Assembly: GCA_910588135.1 (NCBI GenBank)
Contig: CAJUOT010000005.1
Coordinates: forward strand, 4,422 to 68,421
From: an uncultured Oscillospiraceae bacterium
GTDB taxonomy: Bacteria; Bacillota; Clostridia; Oscillospirales; Oscillospiraceae
DNA length: 64,000 nt
Direction: 5' to 3'
Part shown: positions 25,481-33,485 of the stretch, in pieces
How the letters are laid out: the number at the start of each line of letters is the position of its first letter
Numbering within the stretch: position 1 is the first letter of the stretch
Translations under genes and position numbers: made by a program
Notes under the pieces: generated by a model
Seen by the model: only the letters and a program-made list of their open reading frames with translations
What the model was told of the DNA's origin: nothing
The model's database searches: none

Positions 25481-26725
25481 ATGAAACGAGGGGAACGGGC
25501 CGCAGGGCTTGCGGTTTTGGCTGCGGCGCTTTATGCCGCGAATATTCCGCTGTCCAAGCTGCTCCTTGCGAAGATCGAGCCCACGATGCTGGCCGCTTTC
25601 TTGTATCTGGGCGCGGGCCTCGGCCTGCTGGCTTGCAGCGGGGCCGGGGCGCTCGTGGGGAAAAGGGCCATCCAGGAGCCGCTGACGAAGAAGGAGCTGC
25701 CCTATACTGCGGCGATGGTTGCGCTGGACATTGCGGCGCCTATTTTGCTGATGATGGGGGTTGCCCGCACCAACTCCGCCAACGCGTCCCTGCTGAACAA
25801 CTTTGAGATTGTGGCGACCGCTCTGGTTGCGCGGCTTATCTTTCAAGAGGTCATTTCCAGAAAACTGTATGCCGCCATCCTGCTGGTGACCCTGGCGAGC
25901 ATTGTCTTGGGGTTTGAGGGAGCGGACAGCTTCGTGTTCAGTCCGGGTTCGCTGTTCATCCTCGGCGCGTGCGCCTGCTGGGGAGTGGAAAACAACTGCA
26001 CGAAAATGATAAGCAGCAAAAGCTCGGTTGAAATCGTGATCATCAAGGGCTGCTGCTCGGGCCTGGGCAGTTTGTCGGTCGCCCTTGCGCTGGGGGAGCG
26101 GTTCCCGGCGGCAGGCTGGCTGCTGTGCGCCCTGGCGCTGGGCTTTACCGCCTACGGGCTGAGCATCAACTTCTATATTATGGCGCAAAAGGACCTGGGC
26201 GCGGCAAAGACAAGCGCTTTTTATTCGGTGGCTCCGTTTTTGGGAGCGGCGTTCAGCGTGGCTTTGCTGGGCGAGAGGCCGGGGCCCCAATTCTATGCCG
26301 CCCTGCTGATCATGCTCCTGGCCACGGCGCTCATGATAAAAGACACAGCGGCGGGACAGCACAGCCATGAGCACAGCGGTGCGTACGATAAACCGGCCGG
26401 GACGCTTGCCAACTGCGGGGCGGTCTGTTATAATGTCCCCACCGACACCGCCACAGAAAGGAACAGACAGATGATGAAAACGATCCAATATACCCCCAGA
26501 GGGGTGTGCTCCAGGCAGATGGAAATTGACGTGGAGGACGGCGTGATTCTGGCCGTGCGGGTGATGGGGGGCTGCAACGGGAACCTGAAGGGCGTCTCCG
26601 CGCTGCTGAAGGGGATGACCGTGGAGGACGCCATCGCCCGGATGGAGGGCATCCGCTGCGGCATGAAGCCCACCTCCTGCCCGGACCAGCTGGCCCAGGC
26701 GCTGAAACAGTCCGTCCAGGCATAA
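25481..26725 (+). CDS. DMT (EamA) family transporter whose reading frame continues, without a stop, through an intergenic-looking linker into the TSCPD gene
   Basis: ATG 25481 follows GGGAGGGGACAGGAAGG. About 300 aa of 10-TM EamA-like sequence ends near ...ALMIKDTAAGQHSHEHS (about 26385). There is no in-frame stop until 26725. Confidence 0.6.
   Translation: MKRGERAAGLAVLAAALYAANIPLSKLLLAKIEPTMLAAFLYLGAGLGLLACSGAGALVGKRAIQEPLTKKELPYTAAMVALDIAAPILLMMGVARTNSANASLLNNFEIVATALVARLIFQEVISRKLYAAILLVTLASIVLGFEGADSFVFSPGSLFILGACACWGVENNCTKMISSKSSVEIVIIKGCCSGLGSLSVALALGERFPAAGWLLCALALGFTAYGLSINFYIMAQKDLGAAKTSAFYSVAPFLGAAFSVALLGERPGPQFYAALLIMLLATALMIKDTAAGQHSHEHSGAYDKPAGTLANCGAVCYNVPTDTATERNRQMMKTIQYTPRGVCSRQMEIDVEDGVILAVRVMGGCNGNLKGVSALLKGMTVEDAIARMEGIRCGMKPTSCPDQLAQALKQSVQA
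26406..26434 (+). promoter_or_regulatory. Sigma-A type promoter inside the DMT/TSCPD linker (TTGCCA-17 nt-TGtTATAAT)
   Basis: TTGCCA at 26406-26411, a 17-nt spacer with an extended -10 TGt, TATAAT at 26429-26434, 36 nt upstream of ATG 26471. Confidence 0.6.
26471..26725 (+). CDS. TSCPD domain protein (TIGR03905-like, about 84 aa)
   Basis: MMKTIQYTPRGVCSRQMEIDVEDGVILAVRVMGGCNGNLKGVSALLKGMTVEDAIARMEGIRCGMKPTSCPDQLAQAL carries the GGCxGN and TSCPDQ motifs characteristic of this stand-alone family. Confidence 0.75.
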   Translation: MMKTIQYTPRGVCSRQMEIDVEDGVILAVRVMGGCNGNLKGVSALLKGMTVEDAIARMEGIRCGMKPTSCPDQLAQALKQSVQA

Positions 26726-26859
26726 ACGCAGAGAGAGCGGGGCCGCCTGCCCCCGGATGAAGGAAGCCCCCCGCCGCCCGGCGGGGGGCTTTCCCTATGC
26801 CTGCTCCGCAGGTATGGAAGATCCTCCCCCAAAAGGAAACCATTGTGGCTTGCCGGATG

Positions 26860-26877
26860 GTTACAAAACAGTTACAA
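26860..26877 (+). promoter_or_regulatory. Direct repeat GTTACAA-N4-GTTACAA upstream of SleB-like gene 1; the second copy overlaps a TACAAT -10 box
   Basis: GTTACAA at 26860-26866 and 26871-26877. TTGCCG (26850-26855)-17 nt-TACAAT (26873-26878). The ATG lies 33 nt downstream of the repeat. The same architecture occurs at 27849-27866. Confidence 0.5.
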
Positions 26878-26910
26878 TATCCCCATACCAACCCCAAGGA
26901 GTGACAGGAT

Positions 26911-27714
26911 ATGAAAATCAAGCAAACCATTCTGGGGCTGGCGCTGACGGCGGCGCTGGTCCTGCCCGCCTCGGCGGCGGATGTGCTGTCCGTCAACGGA
27001 CAAAACCTGTGGGACCAGGCCAAGGCCCGCCTGGTGGGCGGCGGCACCACCTACGTGTCCCTGCGGACAGTGGCCGGGGCGCTGGCGCCGGATGCCCGCG
27101 TCGCCTGGGAGGACGGCGCCGCCTGGGTGCGGGGCGCGGGGCTGACCCTTTCCGCCAAACCCGGAGATCAGTGGATGACGGTGAACGGCCGGGCGCTGTA
27201 CATACCCTACGGGGTGCGGCTGGAGGGCGGCACTACCCTGGTGCCCGTCCGGGCGCTGGCCCGGGCCTTGGGCGGACAGGTGGAGTGGAGCGCCGGGGCC
27301 GGCGTGACCCTCACCCCGGGGGACGGGCGGCCTGACGCTGCCCCCTATACGGAGGAGGACCTGTACTGGATGGCGCGGATCATTTCCGCCGAGAGCCGGG
27401 GGGAGCCGCTGCTTGGCAAGCTGGCGGTGGGCACGGTGGTGCTCAACCGGGTGGCAAGCGATGAATTCCCGGACACCATCCATGACGTGATTTTTGACCG
27501 GAAGTGGGGCGTGCAGTTTACGCCGGTGGCAAACGGCACTGTTTATGACGAGCCCACGCAGGAGAGCCTGCTGGCCGCCAAGCTGGTGCTGGACGGGGCC
27601 AGGGCGGCGGGGGACAGTTTGTACTTTATCGCCCCCGATTTGACGAACAACCACTGGGTTATGGAAAATCAGACCTTTGTCACCACCATTGGATGCCATT
27701 GGTTCTACCACTGA
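26911..27714 (+). CDS. Secreted cell-wall hydrolase, SleB/CwlJ (Hydrolase_2) domain with a copper-amine-oxidase-N-like stalk domain
   Basis: Signal peptide MKIKQTILGLALTAALVLPASA. The stalk has VNGRALYIPYGVRLEGGTTLVPVRALARALG. The catalytic part has LYWMARIISAESRGEPLLGKLAVGTVVLNRVASDEFPDTIHDVIF...QFTPV. Confidence 0.8.
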   Translation: MKIKQTILGLALTAALVLPASAADVLSVNGQNLWDQAKARLVGGGTTYVSLRTVAGALAPDARVAWEDGAAWVRGAGLTLSAKPGDQWMTVNGRALYIPYGVRLEGGTTLVPVRALARALGGQVEWSAGAGVTLTPGDGRPDAAPYTEEDLYWMARIISAESRGEPLLGKLAVGTVVLNRVASDEFPDTIHDVIFDRKWGVQFTPVANGTVYDEPTQESLLAAKLVLDGARAAGDSLYFIAPDLTNNHWVMENQTFVTTIGCHWFYH

Positions 27715-27848
27715 ACGCCCAATAAATTCCAATCGAATTTTGGAAGAAAAGGCCGAAACTGTATAATTTGCACAATAGCCGAACCTCTATATGAAGGAGG
27801 TTCGGCTATTGTGACGACTTCCAGAGGTTGCAAAATGGTTTTGAATAA

Positions 27849-27866
27849 GTTACAATGTGGTTACAA
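27849..27866 (+). promoter_or_regulatory. Direct repeat GTTACAA-N4-GTTACAA upstream of SleB-like gene 2
   Basis: GTTACAA at 27849-27855 and 27860-27866, TACAAT at 27862-27867. The ATG lies 32 nt downstream of the repeat. Confidence 0.5.
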
Positions 27867-27898
27867 TTTGAGAACAAATTGTAATAAGGAGAGATTTC

Positions 27899-28936
27899 AT
27901 GAAAAAACGAGCAGCCAGTTTTCTGCTGGCCATACTCGCTGTCGTGAGCCTTATCCTGCCCGCGCTGGCCGAGACCTCCGGCGAGACCTTTGAGGAAGTC
28001 CCCGCGGAAAGCCCGGAGATTGAGGAAGTGAGCAGCGCCATCGTGCTGGATGGCGAACCCGTTCAGGCCGTCGAGTACGAGATGCGGGGCGGCGTGTGCT
28101 ATGTGACAGTGAGCTCCTTCGTGTCCATGCTGGATATGGAGGCCATGGTGGAGGAGGAGGACGGAATGGTTTCCGTCAACGCCTCCACGGTAATCGGGGT
28201 GGTGCCCGCGGAGAACGCGGCGTCTGCGGAGGCGGAAGCCGCCGCGGAATCCGAGAGCCCGGAGGACTCCGCCGGGACAGCGGCCCCCGAAGCCCCTGCA
28301 GAGGATGCGGGCGCCGGAGAGGTGGCGGACTATGCCGCCGCCAACGTGGAGACCGCCGACCTGTGCCTTACCGCCGCCGCCGGGGCGTCCTACTTTGTGG
28401 CCAACGGCCGCTATCTCTATGTGGACGGCGGGCTGGTCTGGCTGGATGGGCGGGTGGCCGCCCCCGTGCGGCAGCTGGCCCGGGTGTTCAACCTGACGGT
28501 GGACTACGACGCGGCCACGGGACAGGTCCTGCTGGGCCACAGGGAGGGTGAGCAGCCCTACCTGGCGTCCGGCGAGGACGCCTACAACAGCGAGACCATG
28601 CTGTGGCTGTCCCGCATCATCCACGCCGAGAGCGGCAACCAGCCCCTGGAGGGCAAGATCGCCGTGGGCAACGTGGTGATGAACCGGGTGAGGAACCCCA
28701 AGTTCCCCAACACGCTGTATGATGTGCTGTTCCAGAAGAATCAATTCAGCCCTGCGTCCAGCGGGTCTATCTACCGGGAGCCCAACGCGGAGTCCGTGGT
28801 GGCGGCCAAGCTGGTGCTGGACGGCGCGCAGGTGGTGCCCGAGGCCCTGTTCTTCAATGGGGCGGGAGCCCGAAGCTACGCCTCAAGGAACCGCGCCTAT
28901 GTGACCACCATCGGGGATCACGATTTCTACAAGTAG
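27899..28936 (+). CDS. Secreted cell-wall hydrolase, SleB/CwlJ (Hydrolase_2) domain, paralogue with an acidic Ala/Glu-rich linker
   Basis: Signal peptide MKKRAASFLLAILAVVSLILPALA. Catalytic part MLWLSRIIHAESGNQPLEGKIAVGNVVMNRVRNPKFPNTLYDVLFQKNQFSP. Same domain order as 26911-27714. Confidence 0.8.
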   Translation: MKKRAASFLLAILAVVSLILPALAETSGETFEEVPAESPEIEEVSSAIVLDGEPVQAVEYEMRGGVCYVTVSSFVSMLDMEAMVEEEDGMVSVNASTVIGVVPAENAASAEAEAAAESESPEDSAGTAAPEAPAEDAGAGEVADYAAANVETADLCLTAAAGASYFVANGRYLYVDGGLVWLDGRVAAPVRQLARVFNLTVDYDAATGQVLLGHREGEQPYLASGEDAYNSETMLWLSRIIHAESGNQPLEGKIAVGNVVMNRVRNPKFPNTLYDVLFQKNQFSPASSGSIYREPNAESVVAAKLVLDGAQVVPEALFFNGAGARSYASRNRAYVTTIGDHDFYK

Positions 28937-28950
28937 ACAGCGGAAAGACG

Positions 28951-28981
28951 CGCGGCGGCCGGAAGGCCGCCGCGGTTTTTT
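28951..28981 (+). terminator. Rho-independent terminator
   Basis: CGCGGCGGCC-GGAA-GGCCGCCGCG followed by GTTTTTT. Confidence 0.85.
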
Positions 28982-29121
28982 GCGTTCTGATTGCGGGGAA
29001 AGGCGTTTTTTTCAGCGCCTTAAAACTGACAAAAATGGTGCTCTTTGGCATAAATTCCCCAAAGAACAGGCTCTGAGCTGGCTTTTTCGTGGAAAATTTC
29101 AGAAAAATTTAAGGAAAATGG

Positions 29122-29150
29122 TTGCTTTACCAGGGGAGAACGGGTATAAT
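29122..29150 (+). promoter_or_regulatory. Sigma-A type promoter for carD (TTGCTT-17 nt-TATAAT)
   Basis: TTGCTT at 29122-29127, a 17-nt spacer, TATAAT at 29145-29150. It coincides with the ORF-track start, which is therefore not the real start. Confidence 0.65.
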
Positions 29151-29187
29151 ATTTATGGGAAGATATGCATATTTTGGAGGTGAGAGA

Positions 29188-29667
29188 TTGTTCCAGATCG
29201 GTGACAAGGTCGTCCACCCAATGCACGGGGCGGGCGTAATCGACTCCATCGTGCAGCGCAAGGTGGCGGGACAGGTGCAGGAGTACTATCAGCTCAAGCT
29301 TTCCGTGGGCAATATGGTGGTCATGGTGCCCACCGACAACACCGGCGGGATCGGGATGCGGCCCGTGGTGTCCGGCGACAAGGCGGCGGAGCTCATGAAC
29401 GCCATGATAGGCATTGAGGTGGATATGACCCAGAATTGGAACCGCCGGTACCGGGAGAATCTGGAACGGTTGAAGAGCGGCGACCTGCTGGAGGTGGCCC
29501 GGGTGGTGAAGGGGCTGCGGCAGAGGGAAAACCAGCGCGGCCTGTCCAACGGGGAGCGGAAAATGCTCCACACCGCCAAACAGATCCTCATCTCTGAGCT
29601 GGTGCTGGCCCAGAGCCTGCCCTACGAGACGGTGGAGAGCAGCGTTGACAGCGCGCTGAGCCATTGA
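29188..29667 (+). CDS. carD: CarD/CdnL family RNA polymerase-binding transcription factor
   Basis: (L/M)FQIGDKVVHPMHGAGVIDSIVQRKVAGQVQEYYQLKL is the CarD_TRCF RID domain. TTG 29188 lies 5 nt after GGAGGTGAGAGA. 159 aa. Confidence 0.8.
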   Translation: MFQIGDKVVHPMHGAGVIDSIVQRKVAGQVQEYYQLKLSVGNMVVMVPTDNTGGIGMRPVVSGDKAAELMNAMIGIEVDMTQNWNRRYRENLERLKSGDLLEVARVVKGLRQRENQRGLSNGERKMLHTAKQILISELVLAQSLPYETVESSVDSALSH

Positions 29668-29686
29668 TAAGAAACAGGTTGTAAGC

Positions 29687-29711
29687 GAGAGGGGCCGGAA
29701 GGCTCCTTTTT
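29687..29711 (+). terminator. Weak terminator or attenuator hairpin after carD
   Basis: GAGAGGGGCC-GGAA-GGCTCCTTTTT, with one G-U pair. Confidence 0.45.
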
Positions 29712-29775
29712 GCGCAAACGGACGCATCTGGCCCCGCGCGGCGGGCGCATATGGAAAGGAGGCTGCGAGAACGGT

Positions 29776-30492
29776 ATGGGCTTGTTCCGCAGACGAAAGA
29801 AGGAGGCCGGCCCCGCCTGCTCGGCTGTGGTGGTGGCCGCGGGATCATCCAGCCGGATGGGCTTTGACAAGGTGCTGGCCGACGTGGGCGGCGTGCCGGT
29901 CATCGTGCGCTGCCTGGAGGCGTTTCAGCAGGCCCCCAGCGTGACGGAGGTGGTGGTGGTCACCCGGGAGGAGCTGGTGCCGGACATCGCCCGGCTGTGC
30001 CAGGATTACGGGCTGGACAAGGTGGCCAAGGTGGTCCGGGGCGGGGACTCCCGCACCCAGTCCGCCCGGCTGGGCACCCTGGAGTGCAGCCGCAGGGCGC
30101 CGCTCATTGCCATCCACGACGGGGCCCGGCCCTTCGTCACCGTCCAGGTGATTGAGGACGCCGCCGCCCAGGCGGCGGCAAGCGGCGCGGCGGCCCCAGC
30201 CGTGTCGGTGAAGGACACTGTGAAAGAGGCCCAGGACGGCCTGGTGGAGCGCACCCTGGAGCGGGAGCGGCTGTATGCGGTCCAGACCCCCCAGGTGTTT
30301 GACGCAGACCTCATCCGGGCGGCGCTGCAAAAGGCGCTGGACGACGGCGTTCAGCTCACCGACGACTGCGCCGCCGTGGAGCGGCTGGGGATGAGGGTGG
30401 CGCTCACTCCCGGGGACGAGCGGAACATCAAGCTCACCACCCCGGTTGACCTGCTGGTCGGGGAGGCTCTGGCGGAGGAGGCGGTGCGATGA
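29776..30492 (+). CDS. ispD: 2-C-methyl-D-erythritol 4-phosphate cytidylyltransferase
   Basis: [53 protein letters not shown] 29776 follows AAAGGAGG. Confidence 0.9.
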   Translation: MGLFRRRKKEAGPACSAVVVAAGSSSRMGFDKVLADVGGVPVIVRCLEAFQQAPSVTEVVVVTREELVPDIARLCQDYGLDKVAKVVRGGDSRTQSARLGTLECSRRAPLIAIHDGARPFVTVQVIEDAAAQAAASGAAAPAVSVKDTVKEAQDGLVERTLERERLYAVQTPQVFDADLIRAALQKALDDGVQLTDDCAAVERLGMRVALTPGDERNIKLTTPVDLLVGEALAEEAVR

Positions 30493-30962
30493 GGATCGGG
30501 CATGGCTACGATGTGCACCGGCTGGCACAGGGACGCAGGCTCATCCTGGGCGGGGTGGAGATCCCCTTTGAGAAGGGGCTGTTGGGCCACTCCGATGCGG
30601 ACGTGCTGGCCCACGCGGTGATGGACGCCCTGCTGGGGGCGGCGGCGCTGGGGGACATCGGGCAGCTCTTCCCGGACAGCGACCCCGCCTACGAGGGGGC
30701 GGACAGTCTGGCCCTGCTGCGCCGGGTGGCGGCGCTCCTGGGCGAAAACGGGTACAGGGCCGGCAACGTGGACGCCACGGTGCTGGCCCAGCGGCCCCGC
30801 CTTGCCCCGCACATCCCCCTGATGCGGGAGCGGCTGGCCGCCGCCATGGGCGTCCCGGCTGGCCGGGTGAGCGTGAAGGCCACCACCGAGGAGGGCCTGG
30901 GCTTCACCGGCGCGGGGGAGGGCATTGCCGCCCATGCGGTGGCCATCATTGAGGAAATGTGA
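30489..30962 (+). CDS. ispF: 2-C-methyl-D-erythritol 2,4-cyclodiphosphate synthase
   Basis: [12 protein letters not shown]...[31 protein letters not shown]. Overlaps the ispD stop as ATGA. Confidence 0.92.
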   Translation: MRIGHGYDVHRLAQGRRLILGGVEIPFEKGLLGHSDADVLAHAVMDALLGAAALGDIGQLFPDSDPAYEGADSLALLRRVAALLGENGYRAGNVDATVLAQRPRLAPHIPLMRERLAAAMGVPAGRVSVKATTEEGLGFTGAGEGIAAHAVAIIEEM

Positions 30963-30974
30963 ACGGCGTCACAG

Positions 30975-31017
30975 GCGCCCCTCTCAAGGAATACAATGTC
31001 CTTGAGAGGGGCGCTTT
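30975..31017 (+). terminator. Strong hairpin with a short U-tract after ispF
   Basis: GCGCCCCTCTCAAGG-loop-CCTTGAGAGGGGCGC (15 bp perfect) followed by TTTGG. Confidence 0.55.
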
Positions 31018-31055
31018 GGCGTCCCTCAAGAAATGGGGAAAGGAATGGTGGGACA

Positions 31056-31310
31056 ATGGTTTATTATCTCATCATCTGCCGCTCGCTCACCTATGCCCAG
31101 CGCACCGCCCAGGTGCTGGAACGGGTGGGTATTCCCGGCTGGGTCCAGCGCTCGCCCAAGCTCATTTCCAGGGAGGGGTGCGGCTACTGTGTGCGCATTC
31201 CGGAGCGGCGGCTCACCGACGCGCTGACGGTGCTGCGCCGGGAGGGCATGGCCCCCAAGCAGGTGTTCCTCCAGACGGCGGAGGGGGAGTACAGCGAGGT
31301 GAAGCCATGA
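31056..31310 (+). CDS. DUF3343 domain protein (putative S/Se carrier-like)
   Basis: MVYYLIICRSLTYAQRTAQVLERVGIPGWVQRSPKLISREGCGYCVRI matches the DUF3343 pattern as I recall it. 84 aa. The longer ORF from 30996 would start inside the ispF terminator hairpin. Confidence 0.65.
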   Translation: MVYYLIICRSLTYAQRTAQVLERVGIPGWVQRSPKLISREGCGYCVRIPERRLTDALTVLRREGMAPKQVFLQTAEGEYSEVKP

Positions 31311-32428
31311 TCTATCTGGACAGCGCCGCCACCACCCTGGAAAAGCCCCGGGAAGTGCCCCGCTCATCCGCCTGGGCCATGACCCACCTGGCCAGCCCGG
31401 GCCGGGGGGGCCACGCGCCGGGCATGGCGGCGGCGGACTTGATGTACCAGATGCGGGAGCAGGCGGCGCGGCTGTTCCACGTGGACAGCCCGGAGCGGGT
31501 GGTGCTGACCTGTAACGCCACCCACGCGCTGAACATCGCCATCCGTTCCCTGGTCAGGCCGGTGGGAACGGCGGTCATCTCCGGCTATGAGCACAACGCG
31601 GTCACCCGGCCCCTCCATGCCATACCGGGCGTGAAGGTCAGGGTGGCGGCGGGGCCGCTGTTTGACCCGGACAGGGTGTACGCCGCCTTTGAGCGGGAGG
31701 TGGCCCCGGAGGTGGAGGCGGTGATCTGCAACCACGTGTCCAACGTATTCGGTTTCATTCAGCCGGTGGAGCGCATTGCCCGGCTGTGCCGGGAGCGGGG
31801 TGTGCCCCTCATTGTGGACGCGTCGCAGTCCGCCGGGATGATCCCCGTGGACCTGGAGGGCTGGGGGGCGGCGTTCGTCGCCATGCCGGGACACAAGGGG
31901 CTGTACGGCCCCCAGGGCACCGGGCTGCTGCTGTGCGGCGCGGACGCCCAGCCCCTGCTCTATGGCGGGACGGGCAGCCTGTCCGCCAGCCAGGAGATGC
32001 CGGACTTCCTGCCCGACCGGCTGGAGGCGGGCACCCACAACGTATGCGGGGCGGCGGGCCTGCTGGCGGGGATGAAATTTGTCAGCCGTGCCGGGACGGC
32101 CCGCATCCACCGCCGCGAGCGGGAGCTGGCCTGCCGCATGATGGACGCGCTGGAGCGCTGCCCCGGAATTACTGTGTTCCGGGGGGGCAGCCAGAGCGGC
32201 CTGTTCTCCATTGTGGTGGACGGCATGGACTGCGAGGACGTGGGGGAGGCGCTGGCAAGGCGGGGCGTCGCGGTGCGCGCCGGCCTGCACTGCGCGCCCC
32301 TGGCCCACCATACGGCGGGCACCCAGGACACGGGCACCGTCCGCTTCAGCTTTTCCGCCTTCAGCCGCCCGGAGCAGGCGGACCGGGCGGCGGCGGCAGT
32401 GTGCGGGCTGGCGGCGGGGAAAAAATAA
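31307..32428 (+). CDS. Class V aminotransferase / cysteine desulfurase family protein
   Basis: MIYLDSAATTLEKP..., CNHVSNVFG, DASQSAG, AMPGHKGLYGPQGTG (PLP-Lys region), GLHCAP. ATG 31307 overlaps the DUF3343 stop as ATGA. Confidence 0.8.
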   Translation: MIYLDSAATTLEKPREVPRSSAWAMTHLASPGRGGHAPGMAAADLMYQMREQAARLFHVDSPERVVLTCNATHALNIAIRSLVRPVGTAVISGYEHNAVTRPLHAIPGVKVRVAAGPLFDPDRVYAAFEREVAPEVEAVICNHVSNVFGFIQPVERIARLCRERGVPLIVDASQSAGMIPVDLEGWGAAFVAMPGHKGLYGPQGTGLLLCGADAQPLLYGGTGSLSASQEMPDFLPDRLEAGTHNVCGAAGLLAGMKFVSRAGTARIHRRERELACRMMDALERCPGITVFRGGSQSGLFSIVVDGMDCEDVGEALARRGVAVRAGLHCAPLAHHTAGTQDTGTVRFSFSAFSRPEQADRAAAAVCGLAAGKK

Positions 32429-32501
32429 AAAACTCCAGGGGGCGGCCCGCGCAGCGGGCCGCCCCCCTCCATGAATTTTCTCTGAATTCTCCCTGATTCA
32501 C

Positions 32502-32530
32502 TTGCCAAGGCCGGGAGAATGGTCTATAAT
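32502..32530 (+). promoter_or_regulatory. Sigma-A type promoter for cdaA (TTGCCA-17 nt-TATAAT)
   Basis: TTGCCA at 32502-32507, a 17-nt spacer, TATAAT at 32525-32530. It argues against the 32502 ORF start. Confidence 0.65.
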
Positions 32531-32591
32531 ATTCAAAATGCCGCAGTGCGGCTTTGGGTGCATCTCATCGGTGGGAAAGGGAGCGGAGCGT

Positions 32592-33485
32592 ATGGAATCA
32601 ATTTTACAGACGCTGAGGCAGGCGCCGGAATATTTCAGCCTCATCGGCCTCACCGATATCCTGGATATGGCCATCATTGCCTTTGGCATCTATCATCTGT
32701 TCCGCTTCGTGCGGCGCAGCCGGTCCGGCCAGGTGGTCAAGGCTATCCTGTTCATCGTGGCGGCTATGGCGCTGGCCAACGAGTACGTGCTGAACCTGCG
32801 GGTCACCCGCACGGTGCTGAACAATGTGGTGGAGCTGGGCGTGATCGCTCTTGTCATCCTGTTCCAGCCGGAGCTGCGCCGTTTTCTGGAGCAGATGGGC
32901 AGCGGAAAGATCAAGGAGCTGTTCGTGGCGGAGAGCTACAGCACCGACCTGGAAACCGCCATCAAGGAGACGGTGGAGGCCTACGCGGCCCTGTCCAAAG
33001 ACAGGGTGGGGGCGCTGATGGTGTTCGAGCGGCGCACCCTGCTGGACGACGTGCTCAAGACCGGAACCGGCCTGGACTGCCAGGTGTCCGCCGAGCTGCT
33101 GAAAAACCTGTTCTGGAACAAGGCCCCGCTCCATGACGGGGCGGTGATTGTCCGGGCCGGACGCATCGTGGGGGCGGGATGCATGCTTCCCCTGTCGGGT
33201 AACGTCAACCTGAGCCGGGATCTGGGGATGCGCCACCGGGCGGGTATCGGCATCAGTGAAAATTCCGATGCGGTGGTGGCCATCGTGTCGGAGGAGACCG
33301 GGTCCATCTCCGTGGCCGTCAACGGGATGCTCAAGCGCCATCTGTCGCCCGAGACGCTGGAGCGGCTGCTCCGGCTGGAGCTGATGCCGGCGGCGCAGGA
33401 GGAGGGCAAGCCCACTGCCGCCCGGCTCAGCAGTGTATTGAAGGGGATCAAGGGAGAGAATTCCAATGGGAAAGAAGATTCTTGA
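32592..33485 (+). CDS. cdaA: Diadenylate cyclase CdaA (3 TM + DAC domain)
   Basis: DILDMAIIAFGIYHLFRFVR (TM region), PLHDGAVIVRAGRIVGAGCMLPLS, GMRHRAGIGISENSDAVVAIVSEETGSISV (DGA and RHR motifs). ATG follows GGGAAAGGGAGCGGAG. Confidence 0.9.
   Translation: MESILQTLRQAPEYFSLIGLTDILDMAIIAFGIYHLFRFVRRSRSGQVVKAILFIVAAMALANEYVLNLRVTRTVLNNVVELGVIALVILFQPELRRFLEQMGSGKIKELFVAESYSTDLETAIKETVEAYAALSKDRVGALMVFERRTLLDDVLKTGTGLDCQVSAELLKNLFWNKAPLHDGAVIVRAGRIVGAGCMLPLSGNVNLSRDLGMRHRAGIGISENSDAVVAIVSEETGSISVAVNGMLKRHLSPETLERLLRLELMPAAQEEGKPTAARLSSVLKGIKGENSNGKEDS

Noticed and set aside
32449-32478. Hairpin GGGGGCGGCCCGC-GCA-GCGGGCCGCCCCC after the desulfurase gene as a canonical terminator
   Set aside because: The stem is strong, but the A-run precedes rather than follows it on the plus strand, and no U-tract comes directly after it. 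It probably still acts as a transcript boundary because a cdaA promoter follows, but I did not list it as a confident terminator.
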